Notes: generated by a model from the letters alone, not told the origin. DNA of 64,000 nt from the human T2T-CHM13v2.0 reference genome, Homo sapiens (GCF_009914755.1 NC_060940.1), one strand, 5' to 3'. Counted from the stretch's first letter, positions 23,985-43,346 are shown. Made by a program: numbers and translations.

Positions 23985-24331
23985 ATTTTTATTTATTTAT
24001 TTTATTATTTTATTTTTTATTTATTAATTTTTTATTATACTTTAAGTTGTAGGGTACATGTGCACAACGTGCAGGTTTGTTTCAAATGTACACAGGTGCC
24101 ATGTTGGTGTGCTGCACCCGTTAACTTGTCATTTATATTAGGTATAACTCTTAATGCTATCCCTCCCCCTTCCCCCTACCCCATGACAGGCCCTGGTGTG
24201 TGATGATCCCCACCCTGTGTCCAAGTGCTCTCACTGTTCAATTCCCACCTATGAGTGAGAACATGTGGTGTTGGTTTTCTGTCCTTGCGATAGTTTGCTC
24301 AGAATGATGGTTTCCAGCTTCATCCATGTCC

Positions 24332-28359
<4,028 letters not shown>

Positions 28360-30432
28360 TATGATGTTAGCTGGCTATTTTGCCCATTAATTGATGCAAT
28401 TTCTTCATAGCACTGATGGCCTTTACAATTTGGCATGTTTTTGCAGTGGCTGGTACTGGCTTTTCCTTTCTATGTTTAGTGCTTCCTTCAGGAGCTCTTG
28501 GAAGGCAGGCCTGGTGGTTACAAAATCTCTCAGCATTTGCTTGTTTGTAAAGGATTTCATTTCTCCTTCACTTATGAAGCTTAGATTGGCTGGATATGAA
28601 ATTCTGGGTTGAAAATTCTTTTCTTTAAGAATGTTGAATATTGGCCCTCACTCTCTTTTGGCTTGTAGGGTTTCTGCTGAGAGATCAGGTGTTAGTCTGA
28701 TGGGCTTCCCTTTGTGGGTAACCTGACCTTTCTCTCTGGCTGCCCTTAACATTTTTTCCTTCATTTCAACCTTGGTGAATCTGACAATTAGGTGTCTTGG
28801 GGTTGCTCTTCTCGAGGAGTATCTTTGTGGTGTTCTCTGTATTTCCTAAATTTGAATGTTGGCCAGCCTTGCTAGGTTGGGGAAGTTCTCCTGAATAATA
28901 TCCTGAAGAATGTTTTCTAACTTGGTTCATTTCTCCCTGTTGCTTTCGGGTACACAGTCAAACGTAGATTTGGTCTTTTCACATAGTCTTGGAGGCTTTG
29001 TTCATTTCTTTTTATTCTTTTCTCTCTAATCTTGCCTTCTTGCTTTATTTCATTAATTTGATCTTCAATCAGTGGTATCCTTTTTTCCTCTTGATTGAAT
29101 CGGCTATTGAAGCTTGTGCGTATATCACGAAGTTCTCGTGCTATGGTTTTTAGCTCCATCAGGTCATTTAAGGTCTTCTCTACACTGTTTATTCTAGTTA
29201 GTCATTCGACAAACCTTTTTTCAGGGTTTCTAGCTTCCTTGTGTTGGGCTAGAACATGCTGCTTTAGCTCGGAGAAGTTTGTTATTATCGACCCTCTGAA
29301 GCCTACTTCTGTCAACTCATCAAGTCATTCTCTGTCCAGTTTGTTCCATTGCTGGTGAGGAGCTGTGACCCTTGGGAGGAGAAAAGGCCCCCTGGTTTTT
29401 GGAATTTTCATCTTTTCTGCTCTGGTTCCTCCCCATCTTTTTGTTTTTATCTACCTTTGGTCTTTGACGTTGGTTACCTACAAATGGGGTTTTGGTGTGG
29501 ATGTCCTTTTTGTTGATGTTAGTTTTCCTTCTAACAGTCAGGCCTCTTAGCTACAGGTCTGTTGGAGTTTGCTGGAGTTCCACTCCAGACCCTGTTTGCC
29601 TGGGTATCACCAGTGGAGGCTGCAGAACAGCAAATATTGCAGAACAGCAAATATTGCTGCCTGATCTTTCCTCTGGAAGCTTCGTCCTAGAAGGGCACCC
29701 ACCTGTGTGAGATGTCTCTTGGCCCCTACTGGGAGATGTCTCCCAGCCAGGCTACATGGGGCTCATGGACCCACTTGAGGAGGCAGTCTGTCCATTCTCA
29801 GAGCTTGAACGCTGTGCTGGGAGAACCACTGTTCTCTTCAGAGCTGTCAGACAGGGACGTTTAAGTCTGCAGAAGTTGTCTGCTGCCTTTTGTTCAGCTA
29901 TGCCCTGCCCACAGAGGTGGAGTCTACAGAGGCAGTAGGCCTTGCTGAGCTGCAGTGGGCTCCACCCAGTTCAAGCTTTCCCGGCCACTTTGTTTACCTA
30001 CTCAAGCGTCAGCAATGGCGGATGCCCCTCCCTCCGACAGGCTGCAGCCTAGCAGGTGGATCTCAGACTGCTGCGCTAGCAGTGAATAAGGCTCTGTGGA
30101 TGTGGGACCTGCTGAACCAGGCATGGGAGGGAATCTCCTGGTCTGCTGGTTGCTAAGACCATGGGGAAAGCACAGTATGTGGGTGGGAGTGTACTGTTTT
30201 CCCAGATACATTATGTCACGGCTTCCCTTGGCTAGGAAAGGGAAATCCCCCGACCCCTTGCATGTCTTGGGTGAGGCATCACCTTGCCCTGCTTTAGCTC
30301 ACTTTTCGTGGGCAGCTCCCACTGTCCAACCAGTCCCAGTGAGATGAACCAGGTACCTCAGTTGGAAATGCAGAAATCACCTATCTTCTGCATAGACCTT
30401 GCTGGGAGCTGCAGACCAGAGCTCTTCCTATT

Positions 30433-30445
30433 CAGCCATCTTGGA
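30433..30445 (-). promoter_or_regulatory. YY1-type motif (CAAGATGGC) at the L1PA 5' end; L1 internal promoter remnant
   Basis: 'cagccatcttgg' lies at the canonical position near the start of the L1 5'UTR. CpGs are heavily decayed. Confidence 0.7.
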
Positions 30446-30452
30446 AGTGACC

Positions 30453-31555
30453 CCTTTAATATTTTTTTGTAGTATAGATATGCTAGTGATGAATTATCTT
30501 AGCTTTTGCTTTTCTGTAAATATTTTTGTTTGCCTTCTTTTTTTTTTCTTTAGATGGAATCTTGCTCTGTCACCTAGGCTGGAATGCAGTGGCACGATGT
30601 TGGTTCAGTACAACCTCTGCCTCCTGAGTTCAAGCGATTCTCCTGCCTCAGACTCCTGAGTAGCTAGGATTACACATGCCTGCCACCACACTCAGCTAAT
30701 TTTTGTATTTTTTAGTAGAGACGGGGGTTTCACCATGTTGGCCAGGCTGGTCTCGAATGCCTGACCTCAAGTGATCTGTCCGCCTTGGCCTCCAAGGTGC
30801 TGGGATTACAGGTGTGAGCCACCACGCTGGGCCTGCCTTCATTTTTGAGATATATTTTTATTGTATATAGAATCCTAAGTTGACAGTTATTTTTTTCTGT
30901 TAGTATTTTAAAGATGTTGTCTCCTTTCTGGATTTCTGATGAGAGGTCTGAAATCATTTTCATCTTTGTTCCTCTGTAAACAATGAGTTATTTTTTTCCT
31001 CTGGCTTTCAGGAATTTGATTAAGATGTTGCTTGATGTGCTTTGCTTTATATTTATTTTGTTTGAGGTTTGTTGAACTTCTTGGATCTGTCTTTCTGATT
31101 TTCATCAAATTTGTAAAAAAAAAAGTTGGCATTATTTCTTTCAAAGTTTTCTTATGCTTCTTTATATACCTCTTTCTCTGGGACTCCAATTATTAAACTG
31201 TTTGATTTTGTTCCATAGGATATTGAGACTGTTCATTTTTATAGTTTTTTATTTTGTTTTGTGCCTTATTTTGGCTAGTTGCTACAGTTACTTCTTCAAT
31301 TACATATTTTCTTTTATAATATCTAATATCTAGTTATTCCTATCCAGTGAAAGTTTCTCTTGAGCTGTTGTGTTTTTCATTTCTGATATTTCTATTTAAA
31401 ACAATAACTTCCACTTTTCCTTTCGCTTGTGCTTTTCTTTTAACTAGTTAAGCATTTTGAACACATTTATAAAAGCTCTTTTAATGCCTTTGTGTGTTAA
31501 TTACATAAGTTTTGTCATTTCTAGGTCTGTTTCCATTGATTAATTTTTTTCTTAA
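30453..31555 (-). mobile_element. Old L1M continuation (ORF1 region)
   Basis: Resumes the L1M interrupted at ~23090. ORF1-like peptide 'NIFKILTEKNNCQLRILY..KIYLKNEG' in ORF 30730-30963. Confidence 0.75.
30538..30833 (-). mobile_element. Alu (AluSx/Sz)
   Basis: Full Alu with TSD tgccttc. Confidence 0.95.
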
Positions 31556-31579
31556 ATTTTAGTTTTACATTGAAAAATA

Positions 31580-31675
31580 TTATTTATTTATTTTTGAGAT
31601 AGTGTCCTGCTCTTTCATCCAGGCTGGAGTGCAGTGGCATTATCTTGGCTTACTGCAGCCTCAGCCTCCTGGGCT
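31580..31675 (-). mobile_element. Alu 3' fragment
   Basis: 'gagatagtgtcctgctc...aggctggagtgcagtggc...cagcctcctgggct', then truncated. Confidence 0.8.
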
Positions 31676-31689
31676 ATCCATTCTATGCT

Positions 31690-32115
31690 AGCTAGACAAT
31701 CTTGGTACCTCCTTTCACAGCCATAGCAGTCATTCCAGGAGTAGATAGTGTCAATCATAGTCTTCAATAGCACTAATATACAGACATAGACAGAGATGCA
31801 TGTTCTCTGGCTTGGCATGTTAAGCTGGGAGAATGTGAATCTGGGTCAATTAAAGATCATTTCCCTCTGCCTTATGGAGAAAGACTGACTGCTGTGGGAG
31901 AGAATGAAATCAACCATTGAGTGAAGAAGAGCAAATGGGTAGAGATAGAAGAATAAAATAGAAAAATAAAAATATTGGGAAATCCCTAGATCCATCTGTG
32001 CACAAAGCTAGCAAATCCCCACCTTTCTCTGAACACTTTGAACCAATTAATTCCCATTTTGCTTAGTTTAGTTTGAGCTGAGATTTTCTTACTTATATTT
32101 GAAAGAATTTGGTTC
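31690..32115 (+). mobile_element. Old MaLR LTR (MLT1J/K-like)
   Basis: 3' motif 'gaaccaattaattcccattttgcttagtttagtttgagctgagattttcttactt'. Confidence 0.55.
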
Positions 32116-33034
32116 AAGACAGCCCCCTCTGTTTTTGTAATAAAGTATAGCTCCAGGGAAGCTACTCACTGACCCCAGAAGCCTTCCCTGCTTTTGGTAC
32201 TTTATGCTGACATTCCTACCAGGCATACCATGCTATGCTTATCAAAATGGAATTCAGAACAAGTCTTGGTGCCATGGAAAGAACTCAAGCTCAGAGTCAG
32301 AAATATGTGGATTAAAGATTTTTTGCTGCCTATTAGCTGTGTGAGCTGTAAGGTTACTGCACATATTCTATTTCCTTCCCAATAAAGATGGGAGGAAGAG
32401 GGGAGGAAGAAGACAAGCCCATAGTACCAGTGAGAATTAGATTTAATCACACAGAACTGGAAACCTAAGAATTCTTTGATAACATAGAAGTTTGTTTCTT
32501 TGTCATGTAAATTAATTGGAGGTAACTGATCCAGACTTCACAAAGCCATCAGGCAGCCACCCCTTCTAACTTTTTTCTCCACCATCCTAACATATGACTT
32601 CTATTCTCAAAGTTCTTCCCTGCAGAAAAGATGTGTTTCACCCACCCAGGTCCACAGAGAAATGGTTAGGAAAGTGGACAGGTATTTTTCTGTGTTGGAA
32701 ATTTTCTTCTCAGAAGGGAGTTTTCCTGTGCTCCTATGGTTCATGCCAGTTAGCAGGATCTGCCTAAGCAGGAAGTTGGATGCTTTCTGAATTTCCAACA
32801 AATGGGAAGAGATTCAATAAAAGACTATGCGATAGTAGCAACCATGATGAGTTGTAAGTATTTTTATCAGCTGGGAAAGGTAGTGCTTTGCTTAAAATGA
32901 TTAAGCTTGGATGCATCTGTGGGGATGGCAAGGAAAGGATGAATATAGGGAAGCTAAATGATTTGGGGACTCTAGGAATATGGGCAAAAGTAAAACCTAA
33001 TTTCACACAGATGCCTGGCATCTCAAAGGTCCCC

Positions 33035-33082
33035 TTCTCCCCATCTGCCATGATTCTCCCCATCTGCCATGATTCTCCCCAT
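33035..33082. repeat. 19-bp perfect tandem repeat x2.5
   Basis: ttctccccatctgccatga twice, followed by ttctccccat. Confidence 0.95.
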
Positions 33083-33439
33083 TCCTCTGGCATCCTTTTT
33101 TGGCCTCTTTTTTCCCATAACTTCATCCTTCCTAGCCTCTTGTTTTTCACTCCTCTAGTCCCACCTCCCCTAATCTATCTTCGTAACAGAGCAGGAGATG
33201 TCTTCCCAAAACACAATTTTGTTACCTGCTTTTCTATTTTGGTGACTTGGAGGGTTTGTTTTGCATCATGGTGCTAGGTTTTCATCACTAGGACCAGTTT
33301 CGTCAGGATCCTTAGCCCCTAGGATCCTGGAATAATGTAATTTAAGAGGTTAAGACAAAGCCTACTTGACAGTTAGCCTCTTAGGAGATTTTTATTGATA
33401 CTGAACCAGTATCATGTCTTTGGAGTTAAGCCTGAACCA

Positions 33440-33680
33440 CAGAGTCAGGGTGGTCTAAGCTGTGCTGCACTATCAACTCTGAAATCTCAGTGGGTTGATT
33501 CAACAAAAGTGTATTTTTTCCCTATGTTAAGTAGGCAATTTGTGCGAGCAAGGGGCTCTTCTCCACACAGACACTCAGGGACCAGAGTCTCCACCATCTT
33601 ATAGAGGCACTTCCTTGAACATGTGGTCCTCTCAGCGCCTGCAGCAGAAGAGAGCACTGGAGAGTGCCTGTCCTTGGAAT
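33440..33680. mobile_element. Old ERVL-type LTR fragment (LTR33-like)
   Basis: 'ctaagctgtgctgcac...gaaatctcagtgggttgattcaacaaaagtgtatttt'. Confidence 0.45.
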
Positions 33681-33845
33681 TAGTTCTTCTTCCCTAATTA
33701 GAGTGTAAGTGTCTTGAGGGCAGGGACTGTGTCTTATATTCATCTATTTATTTATTCTGTCAGAAATCTGGGCAGAAATTGGTATTAAGGTATAGTTTGG
33801 CCAAGACCCGGGAAAACCAAAATTCTACCCATTCTTTCTGAGTGT

Positions 33846-34355
<510 letters not shown>

Positions 34356-34984
34356 TCAAGACCTGAAGAGGAAAGACTGAGCCATTCCACCCCTTCCAGA
34401 GCTAGAAGGCTGTAATCAGAGAGTGCAATTGTGAGAATGGAAGCACCAATTTCCAGCATCTGGTACCAGGCTGGCTTAGTGCTGTGCCAGGGCTGGTGCC
34501 ATGTGGGAGAAGAGGCAGGAGGTAAGATAGGCTGCTGAGTCTTCTCCATCAGGGACTCACTCTGTCTCTTTACTCTCTTATGTGCACAGACCTCCTAACA
34601 TGGTGCCTTCACCCTTCAGCCCAATAAGTGTTCACAAAACTGACCAGACCACGGAAATTCCTTCTCCTTGGGCAACTGAAGAAGAGGATAAAGAGAAAGA
34701 AAGGAGGCTTGAATGTTTTCCTTTCAAGGCAATATATTACTTACTTAATATTAGAATTAACTAATTAAAAAACCTCTTAGCTTCTCCTATGGGCAGACAT
34801 TCTTCAAAGTTACCATATCAGGACTGGAGGCAAATAATAAATATCTAATGGTACAACAGGCCACAGTTTTTACTATCCTAGTGAAATCTGCATACTTTCA
34901 AAATTAAATCTGCTTGATTCCACCCACTAGAGTTTGCAGGTAACAACAATGACATAATGATGATGTCGACAGCAATGGGTCTTG

Positions 34985-35480
34985 CTGATTCAGTGCTTAC
35001 TATTACCTGTCACAATACTAACTGCAATGTACTGCTCATTTCTCACAACAAACCAGAGGATGGGATGTTATTCCTCTCCATTTTGTAGATAAGCTGACTG
35101 GGGTACAGAGAGGTAAAGCGGCTTACCTAAAGACACACAGCAAGTGACAGGCAAGGCCAGTTCTGCCTGGACTCACAGTCCCAGTTTCTTCTTTTGCCTC
35201 CTTGATGAAAGCATCACTTTGAGGAAAGGCAAGGTTTTCCTAAGTTTACCTAGAAGAGGTTTGCATTTGAAACTTCTATAATAATAATTTTAATAATATT
35301 CATAAAAAACATATCATCCTAGTACTTAATAATATACATACTTACCATGTATCAGATGCTGTTCTAAGTACTTTACATATTTCCGTTCATTGAATCCTCA
35401 CAACAGCACTGTGAGACAGGTGCTATTATTATTCCCATTCTTCAGATGAAGCCACTGAGGCACAAGGTTAAGTAACTTGA
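34985..35480 (-). mobile_element. Two MIR elements (~34985-35190 and ~35330-35480)
   Basis: MIR core 'ccattttgtagataagctgactggggtacagagaggtaaag' and 'attcccattcttcagatgaagccactgaggcacaaggttaagtaactt'. Confidence 0.75.
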
Positions 35481-36333
35481 AGTTTTATACCTAATAAATT
35501 AAGTCTGGTTTGAATTGTCCGAACTGTCTGACAGTTAGACATACTGACAATTATAACTATTCTATGTATAAGTAAATAAAACTATACAGGCATGCCTCAT
35601 TTTATTATGCCTCAAGATACTGCATTTTTTTTACAGATTAAAGGTTTGCGGCAACCCTGGGTTGAGCAAGTCTATCAGTGCCATTTTCCCAACGGCATGT
35701 ACTTGCTTTGTCTTTGTGTTACATTTGGATAATTCTCATAATAATTCAAATGTTTCCATTATTATTATATCTGTTATGGTGATCTGTGATCAGTGATCCT
35801 TGATGTTACTATTGTAATGGTTTTAGGGCTCCATAAACTGCACCCAGATGAGAGGAAGAACTTTGATAAGTGAGTGTGTTCCGACTGCTCCACCAATCAG
35901 CTATTCCCCTGTCTCTCTTCTCCTTGGGCCTCTCTATTCCCTGAGACACAATATTGAAATTAGGCCAATTAATAACACTACAATAGCCTCTAAGTGTTCT
36001 AGTGAAAGGAGTAATTTTGCATCTCTCACTTTCAATTAAAAGCTAGAGACGATTGAGCTCAGCGAGGAAGGCATGTTGAAAGCCGAGATGGGCCAAAAGC
36101 TAGGTCTCTTGTGCCAACCGTTAACCAAGTTGTGAATGCAGAAGAAAAGTTCTTGAAGGAAATTAAAAGTGCTGCTCCAGTGAATGCATGAAAAATAAGA
36201 AAGTGAAACAGCCTTATTGCTGATATGAAGACAGTTTTAGTAATCTGTATAGAAGATAAAACTAGCCACGACATTCCCTTAAGCCAAAGCCTAATCCAGT
36301 GTAAGGCCCTAACTCTCCTCAATTCTGTAAAGG

Positions 36334-37121
<788 letters not shown>

Positions 37122-37656
37122 TTAACGTAGTTTTCATACCTGATAACACAGTTCTGCAACTGACAAATCAAGGGGTAATTTTGGCTTTAAAGCTGCCAAA
37201 TTTGGCTATAGCTGCCATAGACAATGATTCCTCTGTTGGATCTGGGCAAAATGAATTGAAAGTCTTCCGGAAAAGATTCACCATTCTAGATGTCATTAAG
37301 AACACTTGTGATTCACAACATTAACAGGAGTTTGGAGGAAGTTGATTTCAACCGACATGGATGACTTTGAAGGGCTTAAGATTTCAGTGAAAGAAGTCAC
37401 TCCAGATGTGCTATAAATAGCAAGATAATTAGAATTAGAAGTGAAGCCTGAAGATGTAATTGAACTGTTGCAATCTCATAAAACTTGAATGGGTAAGAAG
37501 TTGCTTCTTATGGATGAACAAAGAAACTGGTTTCTTGAAATGGAAACTACTCCTTGTAATAATGCTGTGAAAATTGTTGAAATGACAACAGTGTTTAGAA
37601 TATTACATACATTTAGTTGATAAAGCCATGACAGGATTTGACAGGATTGGATATGA

Positions 37657-37950
<294 letters not shown>

Positions 37951-38133
37951 AACTGAATACAATATTTAAAGAAGTTCTACTGTGGGTAAAATACTACCAA
38001 ACAACAGCACATGGTACAGAGAAATATTTCAGGAAAGAAAGAGTCAATCAATGAGGCAAACTTCACTGTTGTCTTATTTTTAGGAACTACTACAGCCACC
38101 CCAACCTTGAGCAACCATCACTCTGATCAATCA

Positions 38134-38511
<378 letters not shown>

Positions 38512-38999
38512 TCATTCGCAATTTTTAACCATAACGTATTTTTAAAATTAAAGTATATACATTGATGTTTTAGACATAATGGCATTGTACTCTTATTAGA
38601 CTACAGCATAGGGTAAACATAACTCCTCTATGCACTGGGAAATAAAAAAATCTGTGACTCACTTTATTGCGACATTTGCTTTAGTGCGCCAGTTGGAACC
38701 AAGTCTGCAATCTCCCAGAGTATGCCTGTGTATAGTAATAATAATCACATACATGCCCTGAGGTGGTTGCAGGATAATGGGGCAGATTTCATGGTGGGCT
38801 TCCAGAATTCATTTTATGTTTGTGGTTTGCTTCACATGACTACACTTATGAATGGAATCTCCATGAGACAAGGGTCTTTGTTTCACTCCCTGCTGTGTCT
38901 GAACTCTTAGAATGGTGCTCAGCACACACAAAGGGTGACTTGGTGGCTGAGTGCATCTTCCCTAGTTCATTTGTGTGTATATATATATGATAGTAGTTA

Positions 39000-39225
39000 T
39001 ATGGTGACATGGGAAAGAACATTGGGCAAGGAAGTAGAACTGGATTTGAGCTCCGCCCTGATTTACCTTACTATTTGGGTGAACTTGGCCAGTTACTTTA
39101 ATCCTTATGAGCCCCAATTACCTCATCTGTGGAATGGAGCAGTTACTGTGCTCCCTCTCTGGGGTCTTATAAGAATTTAATGCCAATGGGCTGTGAGAGA
39201 GCTATGTAAACTCTGAAGCGCATTA
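39000..39225 (+). mobile_element. MIR
   Basis: 'gaacttggccagttactttaatccttatgagccccaattacctcatctgtggaatgg'. Confidence 0.7.
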
Positions 39226-39789
39226 TTTGATTAAAAGCTCTGGCTCATATGGCTGCCTTAGTTGTAAGAAATAGAAGCTTGCAAAGAAACAGCAGTGAGG
39301 TCTTACTATCAGGATGCACATAGCAAAAAAGGAAGCTAAGACTCTGACTTGTCCTGAGAGCCTTCAAAGAGTTGAAGTGAGGCACAGTTCAGGGATGGGA
39401 AGGTTCTGAGGCTTTTCTACTGACAGGATCATTTTGGGCCCTCAGTTGGAGTTTGCAGACATACTATTTTAAGGTAATATAACATCTCCTAATATTTGCC
39501 TTTACCTTTCCTACTTTGATTGACATCCTTCCTGCCTCCGTTTCCTGCTCCCCTGTGTATTTTTCTCCTCCTCAGGGCTCCTGCTTCTGCATAACTTCAG
39601 CTTAGTTATAGCCCTTAGGACTTAGGATCTGTCCAGCATGTATTCCAGATCAAATTCCTAAGAGATAATCTGACAGGCTCCATTGATTCCATTTTCTCTT
39701 TTTTAGCTGAGCTTTTTCCACCAGGATGCCTCATGGGTCAGTGTCCACCCTGGTTCAATCACCTGTGGCTAGGGGATAAGTCTGTGGCT

Positions 39790-40153
39790 TCACTGTACAC
39801 TGTCTTGGATCACTCACTCTTGGGAAACCAGCCACCATGTTATGAGGACACTCAAGTTCTCTGTGAAGAGATCCATGTGATGAGGAACTGAGATCTCCTG
39901 CCAACAGCCGGAACCAACTTTCCAGTCATGAGTGAGATCTTAAAAGTAGATCCTCCAGCCCATAGTGAAGCCTTCAGTTGGTTTATCCCCAGCTGACACC
40001 CTGACTGCAACCTCATCAGAAACCCTGATCCAGAATTTCCCAGCTAAGCTGTGCCTGAATTCCAGACTCACAGAAACTGTGAGAGATAATAAAAATTGAT
40101 TTAGGCCTCTAAGTTTTACAGGAATTAGTTGTGTGGCAATAGATAACTAATAC
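39790..40153 (+). mobile_element. MLT1E/F-like MaLR LTR, 3' part
   Basis: 'gaggaactgagatctcctgccaacagc...cacagaaactgtgagagataata...gcaatagataactaatac'. Confidence 0.8.
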
Positions 40154-41003
40154 TGGGCGGGTGTTGAGAAAAATAGACATACCTTGCATGGTCCCAGGTG
40201 AAATGTTACAAGATCCTCAAGCAAAGGAAGATTAGTTTCCTAGACACAGAAGGAGGTGCTCCTCCTTTCTATGAAAAAGAGACTCAGAAAGACAGGGGCT
40301 TAGGGTTTTTAGCATCATCTGAGTCCACCCATATATCCTTATTTTATATCCAGGGTCCCACTCTTTCCTAATCAATGCCTTAACATATGAGACTTGGTGG
40401 TCTGACAATTCAACTTAAGTTGTGATTCAGTAACTCACAATTAGGTTTTGCATTCGGTTTTTGTTGAGATAGTATCTGCAGTTATAAGAAATAATAATTA
40501 AAGCTCTCTGGTTCTCTGACCATGACTTAAGGTGAGCATTAAAGCCTTGAATTTGTCGATTTTCTTAATCTCTTCAGTTCAGGTAGATATAGCTGTCCCA
40601 CTATGTGGTCCTTGAAGTCGTTGTCATACCTTTAACAGTCAAGTGCAGCAGCCACTTGGTCCCCAAGGCAATTGCTTCAGTAGGCAATCTATCATGATCA
40701 ATTGTGGGTGATAATTTTATTAATTATGATGCCACTGCCTACTATGGGTTGCTACTATTAACATCCCATTTCTCAAACACTCCACAACTGCATTTAAGGC
40801 CAAGATCATGACAAAAGCAATCCCAGAATGCTATCTGAAGACCATTTTCTGGGATCACTACTGATATTAAATATTGGATCAGTCAGAGTCAAGTCAGGGA
40901 AAAAAGGTTGTATTAGTTTTCTCTAAATTAAATTATCTCTTTCAAAGGGACCTAAAGGCAAAAAGGAAACACAAAGGTATCAAAATGCAGTACCCTTAGT
41001 GCT

Positions 41004-41409
41004 TGCTATGGTTTAAATGTATGTGTCCTTCCAAAATTCATATGTTGGAACTTAACTCCCAAATTGATGATACTGAGGTGGGGCCCTTAGGGGATGATTA
41101 GGTCATGAGGGTTCCACCCTTAGAGATGGGATTAGTGCCCTTATAAAAGGGCTTCAGGGAGAGAGTTCATCCCTGTTTTGCCTTTCTGTCCCTTCTGCCA
41201 TGTGAAGGCACAGTGTTTGTTCCCTCCAGAAGACACAGCAACAAGACGCCATCTTGGAAGCAGAGAGTGAGCCCTCACCAGACACCAAATCAGCCAGCAC
41301 CTTGATCTTGGACTTCTCAGCCTCCAGAGCTGTAATAAATAAATTTGTATTATTTCTTAATTACCCAGTCTAAGATACTTTGTTATAGCAGCCTGATTAG
41401 ACTAAGACA
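41004..41409 (+). mobile_element. MSTD/MLT1A-like MaLR solo LTR
   Basis: 'tgctatggtttaaatgtatgtgtcc...gactaagaca' with TSD gtgct/gggct. Confidence 0.88.
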
Positions 41410-41870
41410 GGGCTTGAGAAACAAAGTTACAAAGATGGGGTTTTTGGAACCTAGATTCTTGGAGGATGGGCCCTATGGAAGTGGGACTGAGAACTCAGAA
41501 GGGTATGCTGCCAGCTGGTGCTGTTACATGTTGCTGCTGCAGTGGAGGGCCATCACCAGAGTGATGCCAACAGGACAGTGCAAAACAGAAAAGAGCAAGT
41601 TATTTTTCCCTCCTCCAGCTTTCCAATCTCCCTCAAGTGTCCTCCACATCAGTGGCTCCTAACAGGAAGCTATCTGGCAAAGAAGGAATTCATTTGCAGA
41701 GTCTCAGCCCCACATCACAGAAGGAAGTATAGACGAGTAGGCATGTTCCTGAGAAGCAATTGTTTAATAAGCTTACCTGCTGGAGGCATGGCATCTGAAA
41801 TCCCTAATCAGGATGCTGATGTACTAGGGTAACCCTACCATAAGAGAATTTTACTTAAGACTGGGGTTTC

Positions 41871-42115
41871 CAAACACCGCATGTTCTCACTCATAAGTGG
41901 AAGGGGAACAATGAAAACACATGGACACAGGGAGGGGAACATCACACACCCAGGCCTGTCGGGGGTGGGGGGCCAGGGGAGGGATAGCATTAGGAGAAAT
42001 ACCTAATGTAGATGATGGGTTGCTGGGTGCAGCAAGCCACCATGGCATGTGTATACCTATGTAACAAACCTGCACATTCTGCACAATGTACCCTAGAACT
42101 TAAAGTATATTAAAA
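41871..42115 (+). mobile_element. 5'-truncated L1PA (L1PA7/8-like) 3' end
   Basis: 'caaacaccgcatgttctcactcataagtgg...agaacttaaagtata'. 15-bp TSD aagactggggtttcc at 41857-71 and 42116-30, with a tt/aaga EN site. Confidence 0.95.
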
Positions 42116-43346
42116 AAGACTGGGGTTTCCCCAAAACACCGCTTAGAACCCGAGGACAAGAATATAGGAGAGACTCCAGGCTATTGTGTTTTCTTAATCC
42201 GCCCACCGATGGCTTTCTCCACCTTCCTTCTGCTCCCAATGCTGGCTCTGCAGACCATGTAAGCTCAGCTAAGAGGAGGCTAACTCTGCACACACTTAGA
42301 TCAATGCATACCCCAATTAGAGCCCTAAAGAGTATATGACATGGGACCATCTTTGTACTGTTAAGTAGCCTTAGCAGGCTTTCTTTCTTTTGTTAGCACT
42401 TAAACTTCCTTATCTCATTAGCACAGTCTTCTGGAGGGAGAAGAACTAATTAGAGAACCTGGGTGACTTTGCCTCATACCTCCAACCTTTCCCAAACATC
42501 TGCCTTGCCTGCTAGAGAGAGCCAGAGCCTGCTGCTAGCCAGCTTTCTCTTTTGAGAAACCATCAAAAACATTTGCAAATAAATGTGATTGCCTTAAAAT
42601 GCAGGAAAGAAGCACATTTTCCAATTACAAGCCTGGGTGATTGCTCTGGCTTGTTTAATTAATGGAGAGTGCATCTGTTTTCGGGGGCCTTTTTGAATGT
42701 GTTTTCTGGAGTTCCTTAATTAGTTACAAAAAGCTGCAGGTGTACTGGCAGGGGAGAACAGTAAAGCTGGGATGTATTCCAGAAGAGAGAATCTTTTTTA
42801 ATGTAAATATTTAGTCATATGATGATGAGGTTCATTTTAAAGTTCTCTTTCCTATTTGGTCTGTGTGAAATGGTGTTGGAAGATATATTCGGGCTTCATT
42901 TGGATTGTTGACAGAATAAATTGAAACGGAAGAGACTAATTTTCATTATGACAGACACTTATATGCAGTTAGACCATTACCAGAATGACAAGTTATTCTC
43001 GTGTTGTCAGTGTGAGACTACTGCCTGGCTTTTCAGGCAAAAATGCTTGCAAAGATGATGAGTGGTTGCCTACTAATTCTGAGAACTGTTACACGGTGGA
43101 ACCCAGGGGGCAGTGAGGGAGGTTTTGTCCTCCTGGTAAGTAAAGATTTTCTTGGATGTGTTGGAAAGGTTTACCCTTCTGTAACAATTTATGAAAAACG
43201 AGATGTTGCCTCTTATGGCAGTAATTACCACCTCTGGATCTGAGATATGATATTACCAATTGAAAGTTGCTCAAGGCTGAGTTTAGTCTGTGATGATAGA
43301 ATGTGTGGGTGTTAGAGGATTAGGACTGTGCACTCTGATCAACTAT

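Noticed and set aside
29620-29660. Tandem 'tgcagaacagcaaatat' duplication
   Set aside because: As I recall, this is a normal feature of L1PA 5'UTR consensus sequences of this age.
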